Assembly: GCA_000004985.1 (NCBI GenBank)
Contig: GG738848.1
Length of the DNA stretch: 64,000 bases
Source: Naegleria gruberi
Taxonomy: Eukaryota
Strand: one strand, 5' to 3'
Made by a program: the position numbers and the translations under genes. Below are positions 12,402 to 22,559 of the stretch, one piece after another. The notes under the pieces are model-generated. The model was not told the DNA's origin and searched no databases. It saw only the letters and a program-made list of their open reading frames with translations. Numbering within the stretch: position 1 is the stretch's first letter; each line of letters starts with the position of its first letter.

Positions 12402-13037
12402 TTAAACATGTTGTTGTTGTTGAATAATTGGATAATGAACAATTGGAGTTTGGCTATACACAACTGGAACTTGAGCCATAAATTGAGATGGCATTTCTTC
12501 TTCCTCTCTTAATGGTTGATGAGATTCTTTCTTTTGTAATGAAATAGAATAACCCTTCTTCTTCAAAATGCAAAATGTAATAGAAGCTCCACAAATTAAA
12601 CAAGTAGAACAAGTCAAGACAATTCCTCCAATTATTGCCAAAATCATTCCAAATGGAAATCCACGTTCATTTTGACGAGATTCTCTTTCATTGTTATCCA
12701 AATTGGAATTGTTATCATCTTGAGCAGATTCAGTGTTTGATTGTTGGGATTCGTCTTGTTGTTTCTTAGGTGGCTTGGAAGAATGTTGAGGTTTTGGTCT
12801 TGGTGGCAATTGACCAGATTGTTGAGGAGTAGGTCTTGGTGGCATATGAGAATCTTGTGGCTTTGGAGGCATTCCACCAGAAGGCATTGGTCTAGGTGGC
12901 ATTGATCCATTTGGTCTTGGAGGTCTTTGCTTATTCGAATCTTGTTGAGTTTCTTGAGCGAAAGCAAATGTCAAACATAGCAAGAATGTAACAATGAAGA
13001 GAATTAATTGTTTTGAGCACATTTTCATATTAAACAT
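12402..13037 (-). CDS. Proline-rich type I membrane protein with (M/L)PP(R/K)P repeats
   Basis: It has a signal peptide (MCSKQLILFIVTFLLCLTFAFAQ). It has six or seven imperfect PPRP/PPKP repeats (12761..12932). It has a TM segment (GMILAIIGGIVLTCSTCLICGASITFCIL) and a short cytosolic tail. Confidence 0.5.
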   Translation of the reverse strand: MFNMKMCSKQLILFIVTFLLCLTFAFAQETQQDSNKQRPPRPNGSMPPRPMPSGGMPPKPQDSHMPPRPTPQQSGQLPPRPKPQHSSKPPKKQQDESQQSNTESAQDDNNSNLDNNERESRQNERGFPFGMILAIIGGIVLTCSTCLICGASITFCILKKKGYSISLQKKESHQPLREEEEMPSQFMAQVPVVYSQTPIVHYPIIQQQQHV

Positions 13038-13710
13038 GTTATTGTATTTTAATTTGTTTGTTCAATTAAAACTCGATATCTTTTGGTTTTATAGGAATTC
13101 TAAACTTGGAACTCAATAAATGCGACAGTAATACACTCAACGTTGGTCAACTCTTCCAAATTGAAATGGAAGAAGAATTAAGGATTGCGGATTTAGAGTT
13201 CATAAAACAAGTTCTTTTAGAAGTTTGTGTTTTTCTTTTCAGAGAAGTAATTTGGTCATTGAAAATATGGCCTAGTAATGAAATTTCTCAAACAGTTGAA
13301 GCTGAATCTTTTTATGTATAAATTGAAATTGGTAATTTATATACAATCTGCATTTTATTCTAATTGGCTGGGTTCAATAGTTTCGAATAAGATTACGATT
13401 GTAATGATCATGATGATTGGAGATTGAAAGTCGTTTCGACCAAGAAGATCAATAGATCTGATCTTGACAACTGTAATTCTTGGAAACAAATTGTAATAAT
13501 ACATGTTAATATTATTATAATAAATATTGTAAAATGTTTGAGGAATAGTTTTATCAGAAATCAACCGAATCACATGCTGATGTGTAATATTTTTCTGCAA
13601 CGTTACAATTTCCATTGGATAATTTGCCCAATGAATTCATCCAAATCCGACAATACCTGAAGAAATTGATTAACACTTCAAACGTCAACTGTTCAAAAAA
13701 AAAATCAACA

Positions 13711-16700
13711 ATGTTTGGTTCGCAAGTAGGGGGCGTAAATGACTTGGCAGGGGAGTATCCAACACTTGATGTGAGCACTCCAAGATCCTCGGGAGGTTCT
13801 TTCGCCACAACATCTTCTTCATCATCCAATGTTTCGAATATTGTTGATATTTTCAATTCGAAAGAAAAATTAATAGTTATTGTTGATTCCATTGACAATT
13901 ATAAAAATTCAGAAATCTACGGATCATCAACAGTTGCTTCTTCTAATAATTCAACAAATGATCAAGCAGGTGTTTATGTTCGAGTCAATTTTGACAATCA
14001 AGTTAGAATAACAGGTGTTAAAACATTTTACAGTAATACAAATCCTTGGAATATTAAATTAGGTAAAAGAGTTATTATTCCGTATGGAATTAGTGCTTTA
14101 CAAAGTGGAAAGTTATCAATTGAAGTATTCGAAACACAGACAGGTGAAGCCAAAGTACAAATAGATAAAAGATTGGGAAAGACTGAACCAATCAAAATTA
14201 ATGTAAGTTTTTGTTTTTTTGAATGAATTCATATTTATTGATGCTTTGACTAATTTGTAAAATAATAATAAATTATTATTAAAATATTTTACAAAATTAA
14301 AATTGGAAAATATTAGGTATTCGATATGAATCATCCAGTTGAATTTTCACTCAATTTAAGTGATGATGTTCAAGTACAATTTAGATTTATGAGAGCTCCA
14401 CTTGCCAATAAGGGACATTATAAAGCAATGGAAAGAAGTATCTATTCACTTCTTTTGAAAATGAAGCAATATGGTGAAAATGCACTTTCTAGAATTAATA
14501 ATCCAGAAGAAGATGATGATGATTACGATCCAGAGAAGGAAGAGGAAGAAATCTCAACAAGACAACCAAAAATACTCAAATCTGGATTCATGTTAAAAAG
14601 AGGACAGGGTAATTTTGCCAAGTGGGCTCGTCGTTATATTGAATTGGATGATACACTCTTATTGAAATATTATGCATCTGATTCAGAGGAAGATAGGAAA
14701 GAACCTCTAGGTATTGTTGTTATTGACAGTGATGCAATGGTTTATGTGCCACGAGATGAAGCCATGGAAAAGGAATTACAAAAACAAAAGAATATTGAAA
14801 AATCAAAGGAATTTGTCTATTACAATCAGGCTCTATTGGATGAAGATGATGCACAGAACAGTTTTGAGAGTATTGACGATTTGGAAGCTGACGAACAACA
14901 AACCATCAACATTATTAGAAGAAAACGTAGAGAATTGGAAAGAAGAGGTCCAATGCTTGATTTGGATGAATTATATCCTTATTATTTACTTGCTTCTAGT
15001 GAAAGTGAAAGAGATAGAACACTCATCATTGATGAAATCATTGAATCAATTGAAAAGGAAGAGTCTGGTGAATCAGTCACTATTAAATCTCACACAAAGG
15101 AAGAGAGAAAATTGGAAAAATTCTTAAATTTGGTAAATCCAAAAGGTTTCAAGTTTTCCCTTCAATGTCAAACTAGTTTCAGTAACGGAAAGGAACATAA
15201 TTTGAGAGAGCATCAATTCATTACTGATTCTGAAGAAGCTAGAAAGGAATGGATAACTGCTATCTGTGAACACATCTTACTCGAAGAAAAGAGAACTGAT
15301 TTGAGAGATCCTGAAGAAGAAATTCACTCCAAGATTTTCCCATATCTGGACTTTTTCGAATTATTAACAACTGAAACACCACTTCAAGAAGTTGTCAGAT
15401 GTTTCAATTCCTTCCAACTCAATGTTTCTGAAAAGATGGTTGCTCCTCTGTTAACACTCTTTGATGCCTCTGATTCACCAAAGACAAGTGTGGAATTTGT
15501 CAAAAGTGCCATCTCTGTCGAAGTTGACAGTGCAGAATCTGCTGGTACCCTTTTCAGAAGAAACAGTTTATCATCCAAATTGGTAACCTTATTCTTTAAA
15601 GTTTTTGGTTTGCGTTATCTCACCAAAACTATTAAACCATTCCTCATGAAACTCATCAAGGAAAATAAGAGTTATGAAATTGATGACGAAAAGGTTGCAT
15701 CAGATATTGCTGATAAGAATGCTGAATTATTGAAGGGAATTTGTGATGAAGTGTTAAATTTGATTATCAATTCAAAGTATGAATGTCCACCTCAAATCAG
15801 AGAAGTCCTAGCTCATACTTTTGAAGAATCTGAGCAAAAGTATGCAGCAAGTGGTGAATTGTGTGTTGGTGGTTTGCTGTTTTTGAGATTCTTCTGTCCT
15901 GCCCTTGTTACTCCACAACTTTTTGGTTTAATTAAGGATTCACCACCAAAGAATGTTCAACGTACATTAACATTATTGACAAAGATTCTCCAAAATATTG
16001 CCAATCAAATTAGAACTAGTGAAAGTAAGAAGGAAAAATTCATGAAGAGAGTTGAGGCCTATACTGGTGCTCAAATTGACAGTGTGAAGGATTTCTTGAG
16101 AAGTATGTCAGAAGAACCAAAGAAATATGTCAGAGAAACTAAGGAAATAGTTCCTGATCTCATCAAATTACAAAGTTTGGAATTTATTGCTCACCACTTT
16201 GGTGAAGCATTTACCAAAAAGTATTACAATTTCGAAAATGATATCATTACTGAGGCCACATTCCACAAGTTTGCCAATCGTTTGGCACTCATCTCTAAAG
16301 CAGGTCTCGATAAGAAAATCAAACAACTTTCACAAGATGATCCAAATGCCCTGGTGAGACCTTCAACTAAATCCACTTCATCCAATACTACTGGCGGTAG
16401 TGCTGGGAGTAGCAGGCCCAATCTCAGTATTTCAACTCAAAATCCATCGCCTTCTAAGACGATAAACTCACCCACTACCAAATCTCACTCTCCACACACT
16501 GTTTCCTCACCAAAACCAAAATGTGCCTCTCCTTCCACTTCTCCACTCACAACAACTGATAAACAACAACCAACCACTCCTCGAGGAATTACTTATAAGA
16601 ATCGTTCACCATCTGTCTCTGTAAACGATGTAGGACGTCTCACAAAGAATGTGAAAAAGATTGGTGGAACTGAATGGGACAGAAAAAGAGAAAGGAGAGC

Positions 16701-16893
16701 TGGAATCATAGTCAACCCAACCACATCAACTGCATCTTCATCAACTGATACAACTGCTACTACTAGTGCAACAACTTCCAATACTTCCGACTCCACAACA
16801 ACCTCAACAACAGATTCTTCTGCATTATCAAAGAGAGGTTCCATGAGAATTTTCAAACGTGTTGGAAACTCAAATTCCTCTCTCTATGATTAA
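13711..16893 (+). CDS. C2-PH-RasGAP domain protein. Two exons (13711..14202, 14317..16893).
   Basis: Exon 1 (ORF 13615..14226) has a C2-like beta-sandwich (VYVRVNFDNQVRITGVKTF...KLSIEVFETQT). The 114-nt intron GTAAGT...TATTAG (14203..14316) joins in frame to ORF 14326..16893. That ORF has a PH domain (GFMLKRGQGNFAKWARRYIELDD) and a RasGAP domain with the FLR signature (GGLLFLRFFCPALVTPQLFGL). The tail is S/T/P-rich (about 16363..16890). Confidence 0.75.
16363..16890 (+). repeat. Low-complexity Ser/Thr/Pro-rich coding tract (C-terminal tail of the RasGAP protein)
   Basis: Representative stretches: STKSTSSNTTGGSAGSSRPNLSISTQNPSPSKTINSPTTKSHSPHTVSSPKPK ... TSTASSSTDTTATTSATTSNTSDSTTTSTTDSS. Confidence 0.6.
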
Positions 16894-16988
16894 ATTTGGA
16901 AAACTCATTCCACAAAATAAATAATGTTAAATAAGAATCCATCCAATAATACCATTAGTTGAAACATTGTTTGCTACCTTAAACATTT

Positions 16989-18583
16989 ATGGAACTTGAA
17001 CTTATAAAAAAAATGGCGCAACAAGTTGTTCACTTGATAACGAAAGATAATGTCGCGCACACGCTTGAGGATGTAATCGTGATGAGTAGAATGTGGGAAA
17101 AGCTAAAGGATTCGGATGGTGAGGAAATTGTTAGTATTCACCTTCCGAATATTAATCACTTGACTTTACAAAAAGTTATTGAATATTGTGAGTATTATTC
17201 TCTACCTGAAAGAGTTGAAAGAAAGTTTCCAATGATGGGGACAAGGAAGGAAGAAATCAGTGATTGGGACAATCAGGTTAGTAATTGGAAAGTAAATTTT
17301 AATGAAATAATGTGAGATAGTTTTTAGAATTGGATTCGGCTCTATTGATTGATATTGCATTATCTGCCAACTATTTGGATATTACAAAGTTAGTGAACTC
17401 TTCATGCTTTAAGATTGCTTCATTAATTGAGAATGAAAACAGTAGTATACTGCAGGGTGAGTAGGATGTTGACATTTTGTCTCTTAATCAACATTTAGAA
17501 TTACTGCAATGTACTAGTCTAGATTTCTATTATGACGAAGATGGTAATCATGTTTCTGATTTTATCATTGATTCAATTAGAGATAGGTTTTTTATAATCA
17601 TTCGTGTATTGGGCATTGTGCTATTTAGTTTTAATTCGTTTACAATAATTCTGGACAAGTTAAGGTTTTGGGAAAATAGAGATTTCTGTATGGAGGCAGT
17701 CAATAATGATGGAACATTACTTCGTTATGTTTCCAGCTATCTTAAGAATGATAGAGAAATTGTTTCCACAGCTGTCAATAATACTGCTTATGCACTTACA
17801 TATGCACCAACACAGTTTAAAGAGGACAAGGAAATGATTTTGCAAGCTGTGAAACAAGGTGGAGATATTTTACATTTGGTACCTACAGAGTTACGGAACG
17901 ATAGAGAAATAGTTGAGCAAGCAGTAAAGAAAAATGGAATGGCCATAAAGAATGTATCAGAAGAGTTGAGGAAAGATAGGAATACTGTTTTAGAGGCTGT
18001 CAGGCAAAGTGGTTGGGCGTTTCAAGAGGTTCCAGAAGAATTCAAGAAGGACAGAGAGATTGTTTTTGAGGCAGTTAAGCAAACACCACAAATGCTCGAA
18101 TTTGCTGATACTGGACTGGTTAATGATAGAGAGTTCATCTTACAGATTATCAAGAACAATGAAAATATCTTGGAATATGTTTCAGAATCATTTAGGAATG
18201 ATAGAGAGTTCATCCTTCAAGCTGTGAAAGTTAGAGGTTTTGTGCTTTCTCATATTCCAGAGGAATTGAAGAAAGACAGAGAAATTACATTGGAAGCAGT
18301 TAAAGAAAATGGCCTTGCTATTCAAGCAGCACACGAAGACTTTACAAATGATAGAGAAATTGTTTTGGAAGCCATCAAACAAGATGCCAAAGCTTGGAAA
18401 CAATTATTAGAAGAATGTAGAGACAGTGCCGAAATGCAAATAGAATTATTTGGTTTGGCTCTCTACTCCGCTTCACAAGAATTGAGAAATGATCCTGAAA
18501 TTTCCCAATTTGCATCCCAAGAATATGGAGAAGAAATACTAGAACTAGGCCAGAGTTATCTCAATCCTCCCCCAATGGAATAA
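16989..18583 (+). CDS. Truncated Skp1-like (BTB/POZ fold) domain fused to about 8 tandem DUF4116-like repeats of about 38 aa. Three exons (16989..17276, 17321..17456, 17499..18583).
   Basis: Exon 1 is Skp1-like (VVHLITKDNVAHTLEDVIVMSRMWEKL...LQKVIEYCEYY). The intron 17277..17320 (GTTAGT..GATAG) gives ..DWDNQ|FLELDSALLIDIALSANYLDITKLVNSSCFKIASLI.., which matches the Skp1 dimerisation helix. The intron 17457..17498 (GTGAGT..ATTTAG) joins in phase 1 to ORF 17477..18583. That ORF has repeats such as NDREIVLEAVKQNGxAL and EELKKDREI (17663..18422). Confidence 0.55.
17663..18422 (+). repeat. Coding tandem repeat array: about 8 copies of a ~38-aa (114-nt) DUF4116-like module
   Basis: Examples of the repeated units: NDREIVSTAVNNTAYAL / EDKEMILQAVKQGGDIL / NDREIVEQAVKKNGMAI / KDRNTVLEAVRQSGWAF / KDREIVFEAVKQTPQML / NDREFILQIIKNNENIL / NDREFILQAVKVRGFVL / KDREITLEAVKENGLAI / NDREIVLEAIKQDAKAW. 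Confidence 0.6.
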
Positions 18584-18602
18584 ACTATTTCTTAATAGTT
18601 GT

Positions 18603-20246
18603 TTATTCGCAGGTATCAAGATCTTCTTCATCAATATAGAAAGCAAATCCACTTCCTTTCAGTAAATCTTTACCAAATACCTTTTTGAATTCTGCAATTC
18701 TTTTTCTTGCATCAGTAGATAATGGTAACATGTTGAGTAATTGGCTTGGAATAATTTCTCTATTGAAGAAGATTGATAATCCATCATTCTCTTCAAATTC
18801 CAATCCTCGTTTCTTTTCAGCCTGTTCATTGAATGTAAAGTATTTGTTTTCTTCCAACTTGCTCTTTAATTCATCGTTCAAAGGTACCCATGTATAGGTA
18901 TCAAAACAAAGAATTTCACTTGGGCTGTATTGACCCTTGTATTTCATCTTTTGGCAACTGTGAATATAAAATCCAAGATAGTAATATTTAAAATTTGGGA
19001 ACTTCTCACTTTCCTTCTTGATCATTTCAATTTCTGTAAGTGCAGAGTAAATACCAAGTGATAAATCCGAGTAGTCAGCATCGTAAAAGAAATAGACAGA
19101 GCTCAATCCAGTTGGAAGAACATCTAGAACGCTCACAGCAATCAATTTGTTGTCCAATCTGTATTGGAGATGGAATGTACCATATCCTTTCAATGGTTTC
19201 TTGTCTGATGTGGAATCTGTATCCACGTTCAACAAGCTAGAGTCACAGAGGAATCTCTGGTATCCTTTTGGAGTGCTATCATCTTCTTTGTGGACGATCT
19301 TTTGATACTTTTGATAGAGTTTGTATTCCTCTTCTCTATATTCAGAATCCATTAGAACTGTCTTGATTTCATGTAGTCTAGGATGAATCGCCTCTTTTTG
19401 AGTCGACTCTTTTTGCTTGGATTGTTCAAAATTTTTCTTTAACTGTTTGTCCAAAAGTTCAATATTAATATATCCGTTTTCTTCAATCTTGATAGAAATG
19501 TGATACGTTTCTTCCCATGAATGTTCATTAAGAAGTGAAACAATTTTTTCAGCCAATTCTTTCTTTTCAATTTCCTTGCAACCAAATTTCTTTTGCAATC
19601 CAAAGATTGAAAATGCTATTGGTGTTGACAATAAGTTTGGATTCTTCTGATTGGTTTGAATTCTTTGTTTTTCAAAAACTTGTTCTAATTGCTCTTTCAA
19701 TTTTTCTGTATTGTTACAGCCCTCAAATAAATCAACAATTTTTTGCATATTTTCCTTCAATAATTTTCTAAAATTATTGGTAATAGTTTCTACAATTGAA
19801 TTTTCATCCTCGAATTTTCTCTTTTTTGGATCTTTTTCACTTGTAGAGCTGTTATTATTTTCCTTCGATTCTTCATGATGAAAGGTACCCGTTTCCAAAT
19901 ATTTATCCATCTTTTTCATCACCTTTTTCTGATTCTTATTCATTTTAAACTCCAAACAATTTAACCTAATAGCATATTGTGGACAACATGTCTTATCATT
20001 CTGTGGTTGATAATAATACACTCCCGATCTTCTCATATTATGATACATCATCTTTTCATAAATATTGGCAGGAAGTTGATAAACGTGAAATCCAACACTC
20101 ACAGAGGTATCGGGAGTTCTCACATTCTTACCCGACTCATCTAATGTCTTACAATAACCACAACTATGAGCATCCTCTCCGTGAAAAATAATTGGACAAT
20201 AGTGTTGTTGTGGTTGCTTTTGTGCGGATCGATTTCGTTGACTCAT
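18603..20246 (-). CDS. ATE1: Arginyl-tRNA--protein transferase (ATE1)
   Basis: The N-terminal Cys-rich ATE_N region is present (HYCPIIFHGEDAHSCGYCK...CCPQYAIRL). The C-terminal ATE_C region is present (GYGTFHLQYRLDNKLIAVSVLDVLPTGLSSVYFFYD..YYLGFYIHSCQKMKYKGQYSPSEILC). Confidence 0.85.
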   Translation of the reverse strand: MSQRNRSAQKQPQQHYCPIIFHGEDAHSCGYCKTLDESGKNVRTPDTSVSVGFHVYQLPANIYEKMMYHNMRRSGVYYYQPQNDKTCCPQYAIRLNCLEFKMNKNQKKVMKKMDKYLETGTFHHEESKENNNSSTSEKDPKKRKFEDENSIVETITNNFRKLLKENMQKIVDLFEGCNNTEKLKEQLEQVFEKQRIQTNQKNPNLLSTPIAFSIFGLQKKFGCKEIEKKELAEKIVSLLNEHSWEETYHISIKIEENGYINIELLDKQLKKNFEQSKQKESTQKEAIHPRLHEIKTVLMDSEYREEEYKLYQKYQKIVHKEDDSTPKGYQRFLCDSSLLNVDTDSTSDKKPLKGYGTFHLQYRLDNKLIAVSVLDVLPTGLSSVYFFYDADYSDLSLGIYSALTEIEMIKKESEKFPNFKYYYLGFYIHSCQKMKYKGQYSPSEILCFDTYTWVPLNDELKSKLEENKYFTFNEQAEKKRGLEFEENDGLSIFFNREIIPSQLLNMLPLSTDARKRIAEFKKVFGKDLLKGSGFAFYIDEEDLDTCE

Positions 20247-20526
20247 TTTTTTTGATCTTTAAATAAATAAAATTCCACCAATAAGAATAACATTAATGAG
20301 TTGATCATTACAAAATTGTTTTGAATAGAAGATGGAATTGAGAAAACAGTTATTGTTAGATGGGACAAATAGTCTATACTGAATAAGCAGTGTCGGATAA
20401 TAGTTAAACACGTTTGTGAAATGTCCACCAACATTTAATAGTCGTACATTTACACGTGTTTCGAATGGTTTGTGGAATTATTTAACAAGCTCACATTTTG
20501 GTCATTCTTTGAAAATCAAAAACAAA

Positions 20527-21717
20527 ATGCAAACCCAAGTTATAATTATTGGTGGTGGAATTGGTGGATTGGCTCTTGGACAAGGTTTGAAAAAAGCTGG
20601 AATTTCTTTCATAATATGTGAAAGGGACCTGTCAAGAGATTATAGACCTCAAGGATATAGATTACGTATTAGTTCAGAAGGACATGATGCTCTTGAGAAG
20701 TTGCTACCAACAAATGTTTGGGAATTATTCAATAAGGTCATTATTACAAACAAGTTAAAGTTTACAAATATTGATGCATTGGAGGGAAAAGTTGTTCCAA
20801 TGGAGAGATCTCCACCGAATCATGCTGATCCAAATAAGCCAAATACTGCTGATAGACATGTTCTTCGTGCATTGTTGATGTTTGGTTTGGAAGATGATGT
20901 TAAATTTGGATGGGAATATCAAGAACATCAGTTGACCAATGATGGTGTTAGGGTTTTCTTTAAGAATGGTCAAACAATTGAAGGTAATATTTTGGTAGCA
21001 GCTGATGGTGCCAATTCCAAAGTTAGAGTGGCAGAAATTCCTGATCACAAACTTTTGGACACTGAAGGTAGAGCCATATTTGGTAAAACTCTTCTTACTA
21101 ATGAACTAGAATCCAAATTTCCAAAGGAAGGTCTTCAGAACACAACCATGATCACTCAATCTGAACCACTGGTTAATTTATTTCTCGAACCAGTTTCCTT
21201 CACTCATGATCATGAAATGATTTCAGGAGGAAAAATCCCTAAACCTCACAACTATGTTTATTGGGTTCTTGTTTTGAATAGAGTCAATTTAGAGTTACAA
21301 GATAAGGAACTATTTCAATTATCAAAGGAAGAATTGAAGAAATATGCTCTTCAATTGACAGAAAATTGGAATGGCAGTGTTAGATCATTAATTGAACTTT
21401 CTCAAGAAAGTGAAAGCTCTTTTATTAGAATCTCATCTTTTTCACCAAATATTCCAGAGTGGAAAACTGAAAGATTGACCTTTGTTGGAGATTCCATTCA
21501 TGCCATGACTCCAATTGGATTGGGAGCAAACCTAGCTATGAAAGATGCTGCAATTCTATGCGACTGTCTTGTCAAGAATGGAATTAACAAGGAATCCCTT
21601 AGAATTTATGAGAAGGAAATGAAACTCTATGCTGAAGAGAACATTAGACTATCAAGACAAGGAGGTTTCAGATTATTTAGACAACCAGAATTTGAAAACT
21701 GTAAATTTATTCAATAG
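20527..21717 (+). CDS. FAD-dependent aromatic-ring monooxygenase (salicylate hydroxylase / zeaxanthin epoxidase-like)
   Basis: It has a dinucleotide-binding fingerprint (VIIIGGGIGGLALGQGLKKAGISFIICER). It has a DG motif (LVAADGANSKVR) and a C-terminal GD..H region (FVGDSIHAMTPIGLGANLAMKDA). The start is taken at the Met of MQTQVIIIGGG (ATG 20527). Confidence 0.75.
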   Translation: MQTQVIIIGGGIGGLALGQGLKKAGISFIICERDLSRDYRPQGYRLRISSEGHDALEKLLPTNVWELFNKVIITNKLKFTNIDALEGKVVPMERSPPNHADPNKPNTADRHVLRALLMFGLEDDVKFGWEYQEHQLTNDGVRVFFKNGQTIEGNILVAADGANSKVRVAEIPDHKLLDTEGRAIFGKTLLTNELESKFPKEGLQNTTMITQSEPLVNLFLEPVSFTHDHEMISGGKIPKPHNYVYWVLVLNRVNLELQDKELFQLSKEELKKYALQLTENWNGSVRSLIELSQESESSFIRISSFSPNIPEWKTERLTFVGDSIHAMTPIGLGANLAMKDAAILCDCLVKNGINKESLRIYEKEMKLYAEENIRLSRQGGFRLFRQPEFENCKFIQ

Positions 21718-21840
21718 TAATAGTTAGGAAGAACAAGATTTTAATTAGCTTAGAAACTTATTCAACACTTAAAATCTTTACAATACTTCTGCAACTTTCA
21801 ATGTCGAATTTGAAAATAAACAAATTTAACACATAAAAAA

Positions 21841-22458
21841 ATGTCTCAAATACCTCCATCATCATCAACAACAACACTTTATGCTGTTCAATTCAGTGGT
21901 CATATTGATCTAACAGAGGAGGAATTCAAACAATACTATCTATCACATCTGGAAGAAAGTATTTCCAACAATGAACAAATCTATGTGGGGGGAGCAAAAG
22001 GCGCTGACGAATTAACACAAAAATTTGCACAAAAATTGATTTCCGAAACTAAAACGAGTTTCAAATTAATGATTGTTTGTGATTTGAAAAATGATGATTT
22101 TCGAGTGGATAAGAGATTTGACTGTAGGAAGGGATTTTTGAATCATACAGCACGTGATGAAATGATGACAAAGAATACCTCAAGAGATGTTGCCTTCATT
22201 CGATACAAGCCAATGTCATTGGGAAGTGGAACGTTGGCTAACATTTTGAGGAGACAATTTGGATCTAATATCAGTAAAAAGTTTAAGAGACATGCAAGAG
22301 ATTTGTATGCAAAGGCAACAGATCAAGAATCGAAAGAATTATTTGATGAAATAATTGAAACATTCGTGAAGAATATGGAATCTATGAAAGGCAAGTATGG
22401 ATTAGAGAAATTGCCCCAAGTTATTCATTCACATACAATGGGATACGGTAATAATTAG
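21841..22458 (+). CDS. Small Rossmann-like protein of the SLOG/DprA/LOG-like superfamily (tentative)
   Basis: The 205-aa ORF has a strand-Gly-rich-loop-helix pattern: LYAVQFSG..IYVGGAKGADELTQKFAQKLI..LMIVCD, then a second Gly loop (SLGSGTLANI). This resembles the GGxxGxD nucleotide-binding loop of SLOG/DprA/YpsA-type domains. It is a pattern match only. Confidence 0.3.
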   Translation: MSQIPPSSSTTTLYAVQFSGHIDLTEEEFKQYYLSHLEESISNNEQIYVGGAKGADELTQKFAQKLISETKTSFKLMIVCDLKNDDFRVDKRFDCRKGFLNHTARDEMMTKNTSRDVAFIRYKPMSLGSGTLANILRRQFGSNISKKFKRHARDLYAKATDQESKELFDEIIETFVKNMESMKGKYGLEKLPQVIHSHTMGYGNN

Positions 22459-22559
22459 AATTTAAGGAAATTTCACAATATAAATTACAGTCGTTTAATA
22501 AATTAAGTTATTTCTTATTTCCAAACTGTTGAGAAATATGTGTTAAAATAATTAAATAT

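Noticed and set aside
14714-15127. A 137-aa ORF in an alternative frame inside the RasGAP gene
   Set aside because: It lies entirely within a domain-rich reading frame (the PH/RasGAP linker). Its translation is a K/N/L-rich artefact.
17560-17650. A possible additional 42-nt intron inside the hydrophobic DRFFIIIRVLGIVLFSF stretch of the Skp1-DUF4116 gene
   Set aside because: The candidate donor GTTTTTT is weak. The length is a multiple of three, so the frame is open either way. Nothing in the sequence requires splicing here.
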